64,000 nt of DNA. It comes from a virus (taxonomy: Duplodnaviria; Caudoviricetes). The notes below the pieces were generated by a model that saw nothing but the letters and a program-made list of their open reading frames with translations, was not told the origin of the DNA and searched no databases. A program made the translations under genes and the position numbers. Shown piece by piece: positions 1-8,785 of the stretch. Each line of letters begins with the position of its first letter. Within the stretch, counting starts at the first letter, position 1. The DNA is taken from positions 10,757 to 74,756 of IMG/VR virus record IMGVR_UViG_3300032272_000007. One strand, given 5' to 3'.

Positions 1-864
1 CTCCTTTACCTTCTTTTCCTCGGCGGTCTCCACCGCATCAATATCCAAAGTCATTTGCTTCTCATCCAGATTGGCCAGGATGGTTTTTCCAACCTCTTCT
101 TTATCTTGAGCATACACCCCTAGCTTGGATTCCTTGGTTTTAGGCAGTTTCTTGGCCAGCTGCTTGATCGTGGACTTCATCCACATCCACCCCATCGGAT
201 CGTTTACTACTTTCCATGCTTTACCTCCGCCCGACCCACCGTTGGATTTAGCTTCAATGGCTGCAATCTCAGAGGCATTCATGTAAACCCACGTTGGAAA
301 TTGTTTGTTTTTCAGCCATGCTATGGCATAAGCTCCCACCCTTTTGGATCCAGTATGATCCTTCGCTGGTATGTGGATTAGGTTGGGGTTAGCGCCCTTC
401 ACCTCGCTGAACTCATCAGCTTCATAGACAATTTGGCAATCGATTTGCTCTATTTCTGGGTGCCTACCAAACAACTCAATCCATCCTTGATACCCAATCT
501 GAAACTGAGCCATCTTAACCCAGGTGTTATCGACTTTCGACTTATACCCAATGATCCAAGAAAGACCAAACGGAGTGTTGGGTGTGAGACCAAGGGTGGC
601 AGAGACAAGGAATGCACCAAATAATGATCTAACCTCACACTCCAATAGTGCAGGATCATTCTTGATTCCAGTAATCACCTCCCCTATAAACTCTTTCGCT
701 GCAATTCCCTTTGATTCCAAAAGCTGGGATAGTTGATCTTCATACTTCCACATGGTGGCTTCAAAGATTTTTACTGCCACATCTTTGTCACCTCCTGGTT
801 GTAGAAGGGAGCCCTCTAATTTCGTGACTGCTACTACTGGTTTTTTCTTCTCTGTTTCAGACAT
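1..864 (-). CDS. recT: RecT-family single-strand annealing protein (3' end runs off the window)
   Basis: Translated by hand (not in ORF track): MSETEKKK...LLECEVRSLFGAFLVSATLGLTPNTPFGLSWII...AQFQIGYQGWIELF...VYEADEF...WMWMKSTIKQLAKKLP, typical RecT motifs; start overlaps the ACP stop. Confidence 0.85.
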   Translation of the reverse strand, partial: MSETEKKKPVVAVTKLEGSLLQPGGDKDVAVKIFEATMWKYEDQLSQLLESKGIAAKEFIGEVITGIKNDPALLECEVRSLFGAFLVSATLGLTPNTPFGLSWIIGYKSKVDNTWVKMAQFQIGYQGWIELFGRHPEIEQIDCQIVYEADEFSEVKGANPNLIHIPAKDHTGSKRVGAYAIAWLKNKQFPTWVYMNASEIAAIEAKSNGGSGGGKAWKVVNDPMGWMWMKSTIKQLAKKLPKTKESKLGVYAQDKEEVGKTILANLDEKQMTLDIDAVETAEEKKVKE

Positions 865-1108
865 TGATCTTTTTTTCTACAACGTTAACAAAATCATTTA
901 ATGTACGGCAATTATCCGCTTCCTCATCTGGAATGCTGATGTTGAACTCACTCTCAAGTTCCATCAAAAGCTCTACAAAATCCAACGAGTCGACTCCTAG
1001 AGCGCCACTCAACGGGTTGTCTAGGTTTTCTCTAACTTCGGTTTCTTCGAGACCAAGTTTATCAACGGCAATCTTGACTGCCTTAGTAGTAATTAAATCT
1101 GTGTTCAT
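857..1108 (-). CDS. acpP: Acyl carrier protein
   Basis: 83 aa, acidic, LGVDSLDFVELLMELESEFNISIPDEEA with the phosphopantetheine-attachment DSL serine. Confidence 0.9.
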   Translation of the reverse strand: MNTDLITTKAVKIAVDKLGLEETEVRENLDNPLSGALGVDSLDFVELLMELESEFNISIPDEEADNCRTLNDFVNVVEKKINV

Positions 1109-1719
1109 GTGCTAATTTTTAGTTTACTAATTTGATTCAAAACTATATTCTTGTGGTATAATATCTCCTGAGCAGAGGGCTTTAAATACAATTCATCTGA
1201 TTCAAACGGAATCCCAAATAATTTACTGTGATCGCTTCTACGACCTAGCTCCTCTACAATCCAAATGGATCCAGCAGAGCAGCTTACAGTATGAATATCA
1301 CTGTCACTCAGCTCCACTATTCCACCAATTGGCAAGACGTAATCGCTACAATTAATATATGTGTCACACACATATTCAAGGCCTTTTCCCTCTTCCAGTA
1401 TTGAATAATAGTCGTATTCTGGCAGTAACACATTGCCTTGAAGTGGGGGGTACATCCTAGTGGCCATGTGATGATTGATAACACCACCAAGTGGTGTTAA
1501 TCGTATTGGATACTTATGGTCATGAAGTTGAATATCAAATGGTTTTATCTCATTTGCTGAGATAAAAACTCTAATGAATTCTCCAGATTCTTCACCGACT
1601 ACAATAAGAGAAAATAGCCCCTTGGCGTGGCAATTTTTAAGACTCCTCGCCAAACAGTCTCTATTTGGGGATTTAAGTTTGTTGGATACACAATCTAGGA
1701 TGTCTTTTAGCTTACTCAT
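1105..1719 (-). CDS. Putative cupin/double-stranded beta-helix metalloprotein
   Basis: HDH motif (QLHDHKY) plus distal IHTV, beta-rich pattern; ATGA-coupled to both neighbours. Confidence 0.45.
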   Translation of the reverse strand: MSKLKDILDCVSNKLKSPNRDCLARSLKNCHAKGLFSLIVVGEESGEFIRVFISANEIKPFDIQLHDHKYPIRLTPLGGVINHHMATRMYPPLQGNVLLPEYDYYSILEEGKGLEYVCDTYINCSDYVLPIGGIVELSDSDIHTVSCSAGSIWIVEELGRRSDHSKLFGIPFESDELYLKPSAQEILYHKNIVLNQISKLKIST

Positions 1720-2888
1720 GATGTTTGAAGTTTGATAATTTGATTCTTTTCAGCCACTAACCGCTCGTTTGAGACGTGGCCATAGTATTTTTCAGTAGTG
1801 CTAACGGATTCATGACCAAGGAATTGGGACACAGCTGTTAGACTGTGCCCCCTTTCCAGCATTAACACAGCAAAACTGTGACGCAGGACATGAGGAGTCA
1901 CCTTTCGGCCCACCAACTCACTAAGTGGTCCTTTACAGAAGGCGCTGAACCTAGCATATTCAGCCTCATGTTTGCTCACAATAATCTTCCCGTCTGGCTC
2001 GAGGAAATTTCCTACCGGTAACCAGTTATTGAATGTCTTCTTGAAATCCGCCGCTAAAATCAACTCAATGATTCTATTCAATTCAGGGTATACTATTACC
2101 CTCGCCTGTACCTGAGATTTATGCCTGTTGTACACTAGGAACTTGTTACCCTCCAGATCTATGGTAAACTCGGGCTCTGTGCAGCAGTCGGCAAATGAAT
2201 AGCCTGAGTAGGCTAAGAATAGGGATAGCAGGCCGTAGTGCTCATCGGCGTACTCCCAGAGCTTGGTAATTACTTTTGGATTGATAAATTCCATAATGTT
2301 CGATTTCTTCTTTACCTGGTAGATCTTCTTTGCTTTGAATGGGTTGAATCTAATACTGTCAGGCCACTCATCCAAAGGAAAATCTTCAATGACCGTTTCC
2401 ACTACCATTTTGATGAAGTTGATGTAAATGGAAATAGTATCGTTGGCATATCCTGATCTATTCAGCCATCCACGGTAACCCTTAGCTAATGATGTCGACA
2501 ACATGGCCAGAGGAATGTCTTCCTGCGCGCCTAGCCCACTCAAATACCTTTGAAAGGCACTCTGACAGTGGCGATATGTGGTCTTGGTATGATTAGACAG
2601 TCCTTTCAGTTCATCGGTTGTTCTCACGTAGTATTCACAGGCCTGGGAGACCGTGTATGGTGCGCCCGTCTTAATAGAGGAGGATTTCATGAGTGAGAAT
2701 GCCAACTCTGGTGATGATGGAGACCCTGTTTTAATGATCTCCTCCAGCTTGCGGGTATAGTCCTTAATTTCTTGGCTCCTCCTCCAGTCTCTTTTCTTAA
2801 CTATTCCAGTGGACTTATCCTTGGTGGATCCGCAGATGGTTAGTCTGCAGTAGATGTATTTCTCACGTCTGATGAAGAAGGTGATCAT
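1716..2888 (-). CDS. int: Tyrosine recombinase/integrase (Bacteroidota type: arm-binding, SAM-like and catalytic domains)
   Basis: HVLRHSFAVLML...LGHESVSTTEKYYGH (H-x-x-R, LGH, catalytic Y); box I reads SGYSFAD. Confidence 0.9.
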   Translation of the reverse strand: MITFFIRREKYIYCRLTICGSTKDKSTGIVKKRDWRRSQEIKDYTRKLEEIIKTGSPSSPELAFSLMKSSSIKTGAPYTVSQACEYYVRTTDELKGLSNHTKTTYRHCQSAFQRYLSGLGAQEDIPLAMLSTSLAKGYRGWLNRSGYANDTISIYINFIKMVVETVIEDFPLDEWPDSIRFNPFKAKKIYQVKKKSNIMEFINPKVITKLWEYADEHYGLLSLFLAYSGYSFADCCTEPEFTIDLEGNKFLVYNRHKSQVQARVIVYPELNRIIELILAADFKKTFNNWLPVGNFLEPDGKIIVSKHEAEYARFSAFCKGPLSELVGRKVTPHVLRHSFAVLMLERGHSLTAVSQFLGHESVSTTEKYYGHVSNERLVAEKNQIIKLQTS

Positions 2889-3226
2889 TTCTTGTGTTTG
2901 TAAACTCCGTTTTCATCTGGCTCACCCCAGTCTCTCCCTTCATTAATCTCCATTTTGCTGAATGCGGCCTCTAGTAACTGGTTGGCAGTGATATTAATAC
3001 GCCTCGCACTCCCAGTCAGCAGAATCAAACAGTCAGCATACTCTTCCAGAGCTATCTCTTTGTTCATATCACCAGCTGCAAGCTCAACAATTGTTTCATC
3101 CACCTCATCTTTCAAATGACACATAGGGGCTACTGGATCATTACAATGCATAGGAAACACTCGTTTTGCAAAATCATAATTCCAGTCCATTAGGTTCTGG
3201 AGTGTTATCTCGTCTGGTCTATTCAT
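2885..3226 (-). CDS. DUF550-like dATP/dGTP pyrophosphohydrolase (MazG-like all-alpha fold)
   Basis: HLKDEVDE...EEYADCLILL...KMEINEGRDWG pattern. Confidence 0.72.
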   Translation of the reverse strand: MNRPDEITLQNLMDWNYDFAKRVFPMHCNDPVAPMCHLKDEVDETIVELAAGDMNKEIALEEYADCLILLTGSARRINITANQLLEAAFSKMEINEGRDWGEPDENGVYKHKK

Positions 3227-3440
3227 TTCCTTGTTTTATGTTGATTAATTCAATCACAGCACCCGCATCATACATTACTTCTTGATACATGCGCTCAGGG
3301 ATTACCTCCAGTGTGTTGCTTCTTGGTGCTCCTCCAACCTGAATAATTCTACAATTGGCCAATGTGGTGGCAACTTCCTCTTGACTAAGGCTGAATGTTG
3401 GGACAAATACGTACCTGAATTTTGGGGCTAGTGAGACCAT
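3219..3440 (-). CDS. Hypothetical protein, first gene of the int-ACP-RecT operon
   Basis: ORF with AACTTCAAACATT before the ATG, downstream of a TATATTTG promoter. Confidence 0.6.
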   Translation of the reverse strand: MVSLAPKFRYVFVPTFSLSQEEVATTLANCRIIQVGGAPRSNTLEVIPERMYQEVMYDAGAVIELINIKQGNE

Positions 3441-3467
3441 AATGTTTGAAGTTGATAGCTAAATTAT

Positions 3468-3517
3468 CAAATATAGTTCAATTTACAGGCAAACAAATCA
3501 AAATACTTTTAGTTTAG
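3468..3517. promoter_or_regulatory. Divergent Bacteroidota sigma70-type promoters
   Basis: TATATTTG on the minus strand (3468-3475) and TAGTTTAG on the plus strand (3510-3517); consensus TAnnTTTG. Confidence 0.55.
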
Positions 3518-3523
3518 CCACAG

Positions 3524-3994
3524 ATGAAACCAGAAACCAAGCATTTGAGCGCCCTCCTTATTAGCACCATGGGTAAAAGCATTAAGCATGTATCTGAAAA
3601 GTATTTGAAGAGGGAGTATGCGGCCTTTCACAGCCGTGTTAAGAAGGGAAAGATTCACGTCCTGGACTACATTAAGCTATCCATCTTAACTGGAAAATCT
3701 CTCGATGAGATCCTAATGCAGGATCCTAGATATGCTGATGACATCAAGAAAATACGTGAGGAGTTTGGAATTCCTGAAACTGATGATGAGGCTGTAGATA
3801 CTGAGCTGACCCCAGAGGCTCAGGATCTCATAAAGGATGTTCTTGGTCTTGGTGAGAAAAAGCCAAATTTATGTGACTCGGATGGCGCTCAAACTGCTGG
3901 AGACAACCTCCCCATCGCCCAAAAAGAGGAGGAAGCCCAAGAGGCAGGGGAAAAGGTGGAGATTAGTGATGACTTTCCTTTTGAGGATGTGTAG
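3524..3994 (+). CDS. Putative HTH-type regulator with acidic C-terminal tail
   Basis: Only sizeable plus-strand gene in the left part of this arm; N-terminal helical pattern (IKLSILTGKSLDEIL) resembles XRE domains. Confidence 0.45.
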   Translation: MKPETKHLSALLISTMGKSIKHVSEKYLKREYAAFHSRVKKGKIHVLDYIKLSILTGKSLDEILMQDPRYADDIKKIREEFGIPETDDEAVDTELTPEAQDLIKDVLGLGEKKPNLCDSDGAQTAGDNLPIAQKEEEAQEAGEKVEISDDFPFEDV

Positions 3995-4211
3995 TTGATA
4001 TTTCTTTATATCTGACTTTTGTCCAACTTCCACACTTATGACAAATAGCTTTGTATACTATTGGTAGAATATCTCCCTCATCGTTAGGATGACATTTATA
4101 GCAAAGTCGTACTGTCATTTTTCTGTTTTTTCTGTTGCGTGGTACACTCCACATCCTTCCCAAACCTCTTCCCACCACCAGTTCTCTGGATCTGGGACGG
4201 TGATCAAACAC
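3963..4211 (-). CDS. Small Zn-ribbon-like hypothetical protein (start uncertain)
   Basis: CYKC and CHKC pairs. Confidence 0.4.
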   Translation of the reverse strand: MFDHRPRSRELVVGRGLGRMWSVPRNRKNRKMTVRLCYKCHPNDEGDILPIVYKAICHKCGSWTKVRYKEISTTHPQKESHH

Positions 4212-4242
4212 ACCTGGTCTTTGACGAATTCAAATGGCTGCT

Positions 4243-4527
4243 TCATTCAAGGGTGAATTTATGTTTCTCAAAAATTGCTTTGGCTCTGTCTGAGTCAGAC
4301 TTGGGGCCACACCTATAATTTCCGTCATGATCATAGAATCCACGCTTCAAGGCCAAAAGATCTCTCTCCTTATGGATTTCTATCCACCCTCCAGCGTATT
4401 CCCCCGGTCTCCGACACCTTTGGTTCGGCTGAGCCTGGCAGTGGGGACATTCTACCTCAAAAGGTGGATCCTGTGGGAACGTGTGTCCGCAGGATGAGCA
4501 GTCAATAGGTTCTCCAATTTTACCCAT
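4243..4527 (-). CDS. Phage zinc-finger protein
   Basis: CSSC, CPHC...C...H motifs. Confidence 0.6.
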   Translation of the reverse strand: MGKIGEPIDCSSCGHTFPQDPPFEVECPHCQAQPNQRCRRPGEYAGGWIEIHKERDLLALKRGFYDHDGNYRCGPKSDSDRAKAIFEKHKFTLE

Positions 4528-4556
4528 CTATACCATTGATAATTTTTCTTTTTCCA

Positions 4557-6347
4557 TTATGCTGCTTTTTTAACATTCATAATCTCTTTCATCTTATCCA
4601 TTCTGCAGGCCACCATCGCTTTCACCAGCTTAGGAGGCACCGAGTTACCAATGAATCGCTTCTGGTCCGTCTGTGTGCCTCTGAGCTTGTACCTTGAGCC
4701 GAATCCTTGGATGTTGAGCAGTTCAGGAACTCGTAACATCCTCATCTTAACATCAGACAGCCCATGAAGAGCCATAAACAACTTGATCTTCTTGGTGTAC
4801 TCGGAGTCATCTTCGTAGATGATGATGCCATATCCTTCGATAGATGGCTCCGCCTCTACCAGAGATGGGGGAGCTTTGTCCATTCGGGCGATCAGCGTGA
4901 AGCACGGCTTATCCGCCTCGTTCCCCTTGCTTTTGTATTGAGGGTTGTACAGGAAGCACTTAGAATCTGAACTAAGTTGTTGCTTGTCTATAAATACGAT
5001 AGACAGCCTGTCTTTTGTTGTCAATGTGTCGGCAGGCCTCTCTATGTCGTGAGTTATCCCAGTACCATAGTACTTGCTTAAAAACACCACCGCATGGTGA
5101 TCCTTGGTTGTGATAGCTCCAGTGGGATCTTCAATAGACTGGCTTTGATGGCCACCTGAGAAGTACTTGGATAGGAATACTATTGAATGATGATCCTTGG
5201 TCATCAGTGTGCCTATCGTCTTATCTAACTCATGTACTCCACCATTGGAGTAATGCTCCATTAATAATTCCACCTGAGCCAGAGCTCCGCCACCAAATGA
5301 GGTAATTGATCCTAAAGGCTCATCAGTTCCTTTGACCTTACCGTTCGGTCGTCCAGAAAAGTACTTCATGATAAACTCAGGCTGAACAATAGCTAATCTA
5401 TTCTGAGTGGTTATGGTTGGAGCTGCTCCGTCGAGGTCAACGGGATTACTAACTCCTCCTCTTGTGTTGGAAAGATACTTGGAAATGAACTCGGGCTCTT
5501 TACCCTCACCTACATGCTTGATCAATCCAACGTACAGGCGCTCTAATGTGTTCTCGCTAAGATCTTTCTTCCTTCCAAATATGCTACGCCCCTTGTCTTC
5601 AAGGTTCAATGCTGGACGCACAGCCAACCACTTGCGTACCTTCTTACCAAACAGCCCGCCATTAGACTTAGATGGATCTTTGGCGTGGGTGGCCTCTGGC
5701 CAGGTATATGGTAGATATGGTTTCTTGAACTGCCCAAAGTATCGGACACGGCTAGTCCGTGCACCAAAATCAGCAGCGTTAAATATTCGATGATCATAGT
5801 CATATCCATAGTCATCACAGATGTGCTGCAGCCATCTCCTGTAATCTCTACCATTCTTCTTAGACTCTGGGATCCAGTGGTACTCGTTGTTCTGTCTGAA
5901 CTTGAGATCTGATCTGTCGACATGAGATTTCTCGCAAGCAATACGGAGAGGTCCCCAGCTCATGAACTCTACTACATTTTCAATGTCAATGTAATCTGGA
6001 TCAATGGCAGCTATGTACCTGTACAGATGTTCGGCCAACGTTCGGCTATCAGCGTCCCGGCTCTCGCCTCCCTTAGCTTTGCTGAAATGTGTGCACTCCA
6101 GGGATGCCCATAGGCAGATGATGGCATTTGGATCGTTCGCCCGTATGTTACGCACCAACCGAGCAAGCTGTTCAACATTGAACGTCTTAATGTCTTCGGT
6201 GAAGTGGAGGACATTCTTGTGATTGTCGTAGTGGCTCTTGATTGCAATAGGATCGTGGTTAATGCAGGCTATCACTTTGCCGCCAGCTCTGGCTATGCCA
6301 GTGGTTACGCCGCCAGCCCCGCAAAATAGGTCAATGTAGTAGATCAT
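4557..6347 (-). CDS. dcm: C5-cytosine DNA methyltransferase
   Basis: Motif I YIDLFCGAGG, catalytic LECTHFS, motif VI ENV, motif VIII TSRVRYF, motif X FIGNSVPP. Confidence 0.92.
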   Translation of the reverse strand: MIYYIDLFCGAGGVTTGIARAGGKVIACINHDPIAIKSHYDNHKNVLHFTEDIKTFNVEQLARLVRNIRANDPNAIICLWASLECTHFSKAKGGESRDADSRTLAEHLYRYIAAIDPDYIDIENVVEFMSWGPLRIACEKSHVDRSDLKFRQNNEYHWIPESKKNGRDYRRWLQHICDDYGYDYDHRIFNAADFGARTSRVRYFGQFKKPYLPYTWPEATHAKDPSKSNGGLFGKKVRKWLAVRPALNLEDKGRSIFGRKKDLSENTLERLYVGLIKHVGEGKEPEFISKYLSNTRGGVSNPVDLDGAAPTITTQNRLAIVQPEFIMKYFSGRPNGKVKGTDEPLGSITSFGGGALAQVELLMEHYSNGGVHELDKTIGTLMTKDHHSIVFLSKYFSGGHQSQSIEDPTGAITTKDHHAVVFLSKYYGTGITHDIERPADTLTTKDRLSIVFIDKQQLSSDSKCFLYNPQYKSKGNEADKPCFTLIARMDKAPPSLVEAEPSIEGYGIIIYEDDSEYTKKIKLFMALHGLSDVKMRMLRVPELLNIQGFGSRYKLRGTQTDQKRFIGNSVPPKLVKAMVACRMDKMKEIMNVKKAA

Positions 6348-6620
6348 TTATAGTTTTTTGTTACTGTACAAGTCAATAGGATTAGAGATGAAGTTATCAA
6401 ACCATCTGGTTTCGAGATCATCTTTGTTAAGTACTAGAAAGGTTTGAGCTACAGCCGTATCTCCTGGTAGAACATCTGCATTACAGAAGTCACAGATATA
6501 CACGCCTTCACATTCTCCTTTTACCAACATAACACGCTCATTCTCATATCTGTTTGGGTTGGGAAACCTCTCTTTTTTGGCATCATCACCACATTTTTCA
6601 CACAGTAATTCACATTTCAT
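6348..6620 (-). CDS. Hypothetical CxxC protein
   Basis: ORF with CEKC and CDFC, contiguous with the operon. Confidence 0.55.
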   Translation of the reverse strand: MKCELLCEKCGDDAKKERFPNPNRYENERVMLVKGECEGVYICDFCNADVLPGDTAVAQTFLVLNKDDLETRWFDNFISNPIDLYSNKKL

Positions 6621-6623
6621 TGG

Positions 6624-6818
6624 TTATCTAATTTGGTTGAAGAAATAGTACACAGCCGCCTTAGTAGGACCAGCCATGTTGTGGCCAGCCAACCATTGGC
6701 TAACCTTTGATGGCGAGGTGTTCACACCTTCCGCCAGAAGTTTGTTACTTACTCGCTTCTCATCCTGCATGGATCTAATCCACTCGGGGGTTACTAGGTC
6801 AAAGTCTATTGTATTCAT
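6624..6818 (-). CDS. XRE/Cro-like helix-turn-helix protein
   Basis: SNKLLAEGVNTSPSKVSQWLAG HTH signature, 64 aa. Confidence 0.7.
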   Translation of the reverse strand: MNTIDFDLVTPEWIRSMQDEKRVSNKLLAEGVNTSPSKVSQWLAGHNMAGPTKAAVYYFFNQIR

Positions 6819-6982
6819 TAGAATATTGTGAATTGTTCGTTAAACATGATGTCAGATGTGTGAATTGTTCGGTAGTGGCCATTTCCCACACGGCATATAG
6901 CCCAGTTATCATTCCATTTGTGTATGAGATGAAATAGCTTCGTTACTTTGTAGTTGCAGTAGTGTCTAGTCTTGTCCATGTT

Positions 6983-7321
6983 CTATTGTTCTAGTAAGTC
7001 AGGGGCGACATATCCACAATTACGACAAATTCTCCTTGGAATTATATCAATCTCATTATCTACAACAAATAGATGTTTTCCTGTTGAATCCTCTTTGCAA
7101 TCTGCGTCTCTCATTGCTTCTTTGGGTTTAATTAATTCGCGGAACCTTATCACCAACTCTCCTATTAAGAGGTCATAATCTTCGTCTGGTCTAGCTGGAA
7201 TGTGCATAGTGGGAACTTGGTGTGATTCACTCTTATAAATCTCGTCCGTAATTTTATCCACCTTCTTAACCAGTTCTTCGTCTGAAAGTGTGCATTTTCT
7301 AAAAGTTGCTATTGTATTCAT
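6983..7321 (-). CDS. Hypothetical protein with C-terminal Zn ribbon
   Basis: ORF; C...H and CRNC. Confidence 0.55.
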   Translation of the reverse strand: MNTIATFRKCTLSDEELVKKVDKITDEIYKSESHQVPTMHIPARPDEDYDLLIGELVIRFRELIKPKEAMRDADCKEDSTGKHLFVVDNEIDIIPRRICRNCGYVAPDLLEQ

Positions 7322-7560
7322 ATCTCTTCTTTTACTGTTTTATTGTAATCATCCTTGTGGTGGTGAAACACCTTAATTTCTTCGCCTGAGAGGAGATCCC
7401 AGAACTTAGAGTAGGACTTCTCTGGTTTAGGAGGGAAGGAGCTACCCAGCGTGAGGAACGGACGACCCTTGACGTGTAACTCACCTATGGGGTGGTGCTT
7501 GACTACTTCAAAGTAATCTTCTCGGTTATGATCACTCATAATGATCGAATTTGATTTCAA
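7318..7560 (-). CDS. Hypothetical protein
   Basis: ORF overlapping neighbours in operon fashion. Confidence 0.5.
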   Translation of the reverse strand: MKSNSIIMSDHNREDYFEVVKHHPIGELHVKGRPFLTLGSSFPPKPEKSYSKFWDLLSGEEIKVFHHHKDDYNKTVKEEI

Positions 7561-7828
7561 TTGTGTCGCCCTGCTTGTTGATGTACTTACCCCAGTTCAC
7601 TGACGGGTCAAACTCGTACACTGAGTAATCTTTACCCTCATCATCCGTGAACCATAATGTGTCAGAGGCATTCAAATAGTCTACATCTTGAAATATGACT
7701 GATTCCCCTAATTCAAAGCATTCACAAGGGCATGGTTCTGGTTTTGTTGGCGCCTTGATGGCTGAGTATATGACCATAGCTATAATTATTGCCAGGCACA
7801 CTAGTAGAATTTTGATATTATCATTCAT
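7532..7828 (-). CDS. Hypothetical membrane-anchored protein
   Basis: N-terminal hydrophobic helix ILLVCLAIIIAMVIYSAI. Confidence 0.55.
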   Translation of the reverse strand: MNDNIKILLVCLAIIIAMVIYSAIKAPTKPEPCPCECFELGESVIFQDVDYLNASDTLWFTDDEGKDYSVYEFDPSVNWGKYINKQGDTIEIKFDHYE

Positions 7829-8571
7829 ATTTCTTGATTTACTAGTTTAGTTACATTTATCAAAGCCACGTTCTCTAAATGATTGTGACCTTTAATATGT
7901 TGAATCGTTTGTTGTAGAACATCACGATGGAACAGGTCAATGAGGGACTTGGAATCGTTATCGAATTTCCCTATTAATGGAACACCTTCTGAAAATAGTA
8001 CCATATAAAGCTCATCATATTGTTCGTTAGATAGTAACTCTTTTAATCTCAATGTGTATGCCTCAACTTTATCAAATCCACCATTTTTATCAATCAGAAT
8101 TTGTGCTCTTTTCTTCATCTCTTCCTTTTCATTACTATAATTACTGTCATGAAATTCAGATAGGGCCTTTTCGAACCCGCTAATAGACTCTTTTGACCAT
8201 TTTGATGCGTCCAACACATTGGTTATTGACTTGATGATTTTTTCAGCCTTTGTTGCAACTGATTTTCGAAGTTTATCAACCTCAGCCTCAACAAGTGTTT
8301 TTTTCTCCTCTTCTTGATAGTTAAGCTGATACCTAGCTCTGGCGATCATACAGGTTTTAAGGTCAAATTTGATAAGACCTTTATCACCTTTCAGAAAACT
8401 ACCATCAGATAGTTTCACCCAAAACTCTGATTCATTGGCTTTCATTAGGGTTACGGGCTCATCTCCTGCTTGAATCTGAACCGGAGAGATAGCATAGTTG
8501 AATGAACTATTAATAAGGGCTGGAGTTAGCCCCTCATCTTGAAGTGCTTGGGATATTTTTTTGATTTCCAT
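7825..8571 (-). CDS. Hypothetical protein (coiled-coil rich)
   Basis: 248-aa ORF coupled to neighbours. Confidence 0.65.
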   Translation of the reverse strand: MEIKKISQALQDEGLTPALINSSFNYAISPVQIQAGDEPVTLMKANESEFWVKLSDGSFLKGDKGLIKFDLKTCMIARARYQLNYQEEEKKTLVEAEVDKLRKSVATKAEKIIKSITNVLDASKWSKESISGFEKALSEFHDSNYSNEKEEMKKRAQILIDKNGGFDKVEAYTLRLKELLSNEQYDELYMVLFSEGVPLIGKFDNDSKSLIDLFHRDVLQQTIQHIKGHNHLENVALINVTKLVNQEI

Positions 8572-8572
8572 G

Positions 8573-8785
8573 TCAATAGGAGGTTAGAATGTCAGTCATT
8601 AATTTGATCTTCTTGGTATCGTAACCCACAAGTGCCGCCTGAGCTTTGTCAATGTTACACTCGATGCAAACGGAGGCTGAACGCTCTCCCCTTAGCCAGT
8701 ACGGCATAATCTCGGTGGTCGCCTGATCTATGGCATTCTGGAGGCTCTCCTTGAGAACCTCCAGTGCTGATTTGTTCCTAGGCAT
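8573..8785 (-). CDS. Hypothetical protein
   Basis: ORF in the operon. Confidence 0.55.
   Translation of the reverse strand: MPRNKSALEVLKESLQNAIDQATTEIMPYWLRGERSASVCIECNIDKAQAALVGYDTKKIKLMTDILTSY

Noticed and set aside
2885-3226. 2-aminoadenine (Z-genome) pathway suggested by DUF550
   Set aside because: No purZ or other pathway gene in the window, and DUF550 alone is not diagnostic; the rest of the genome is not visible
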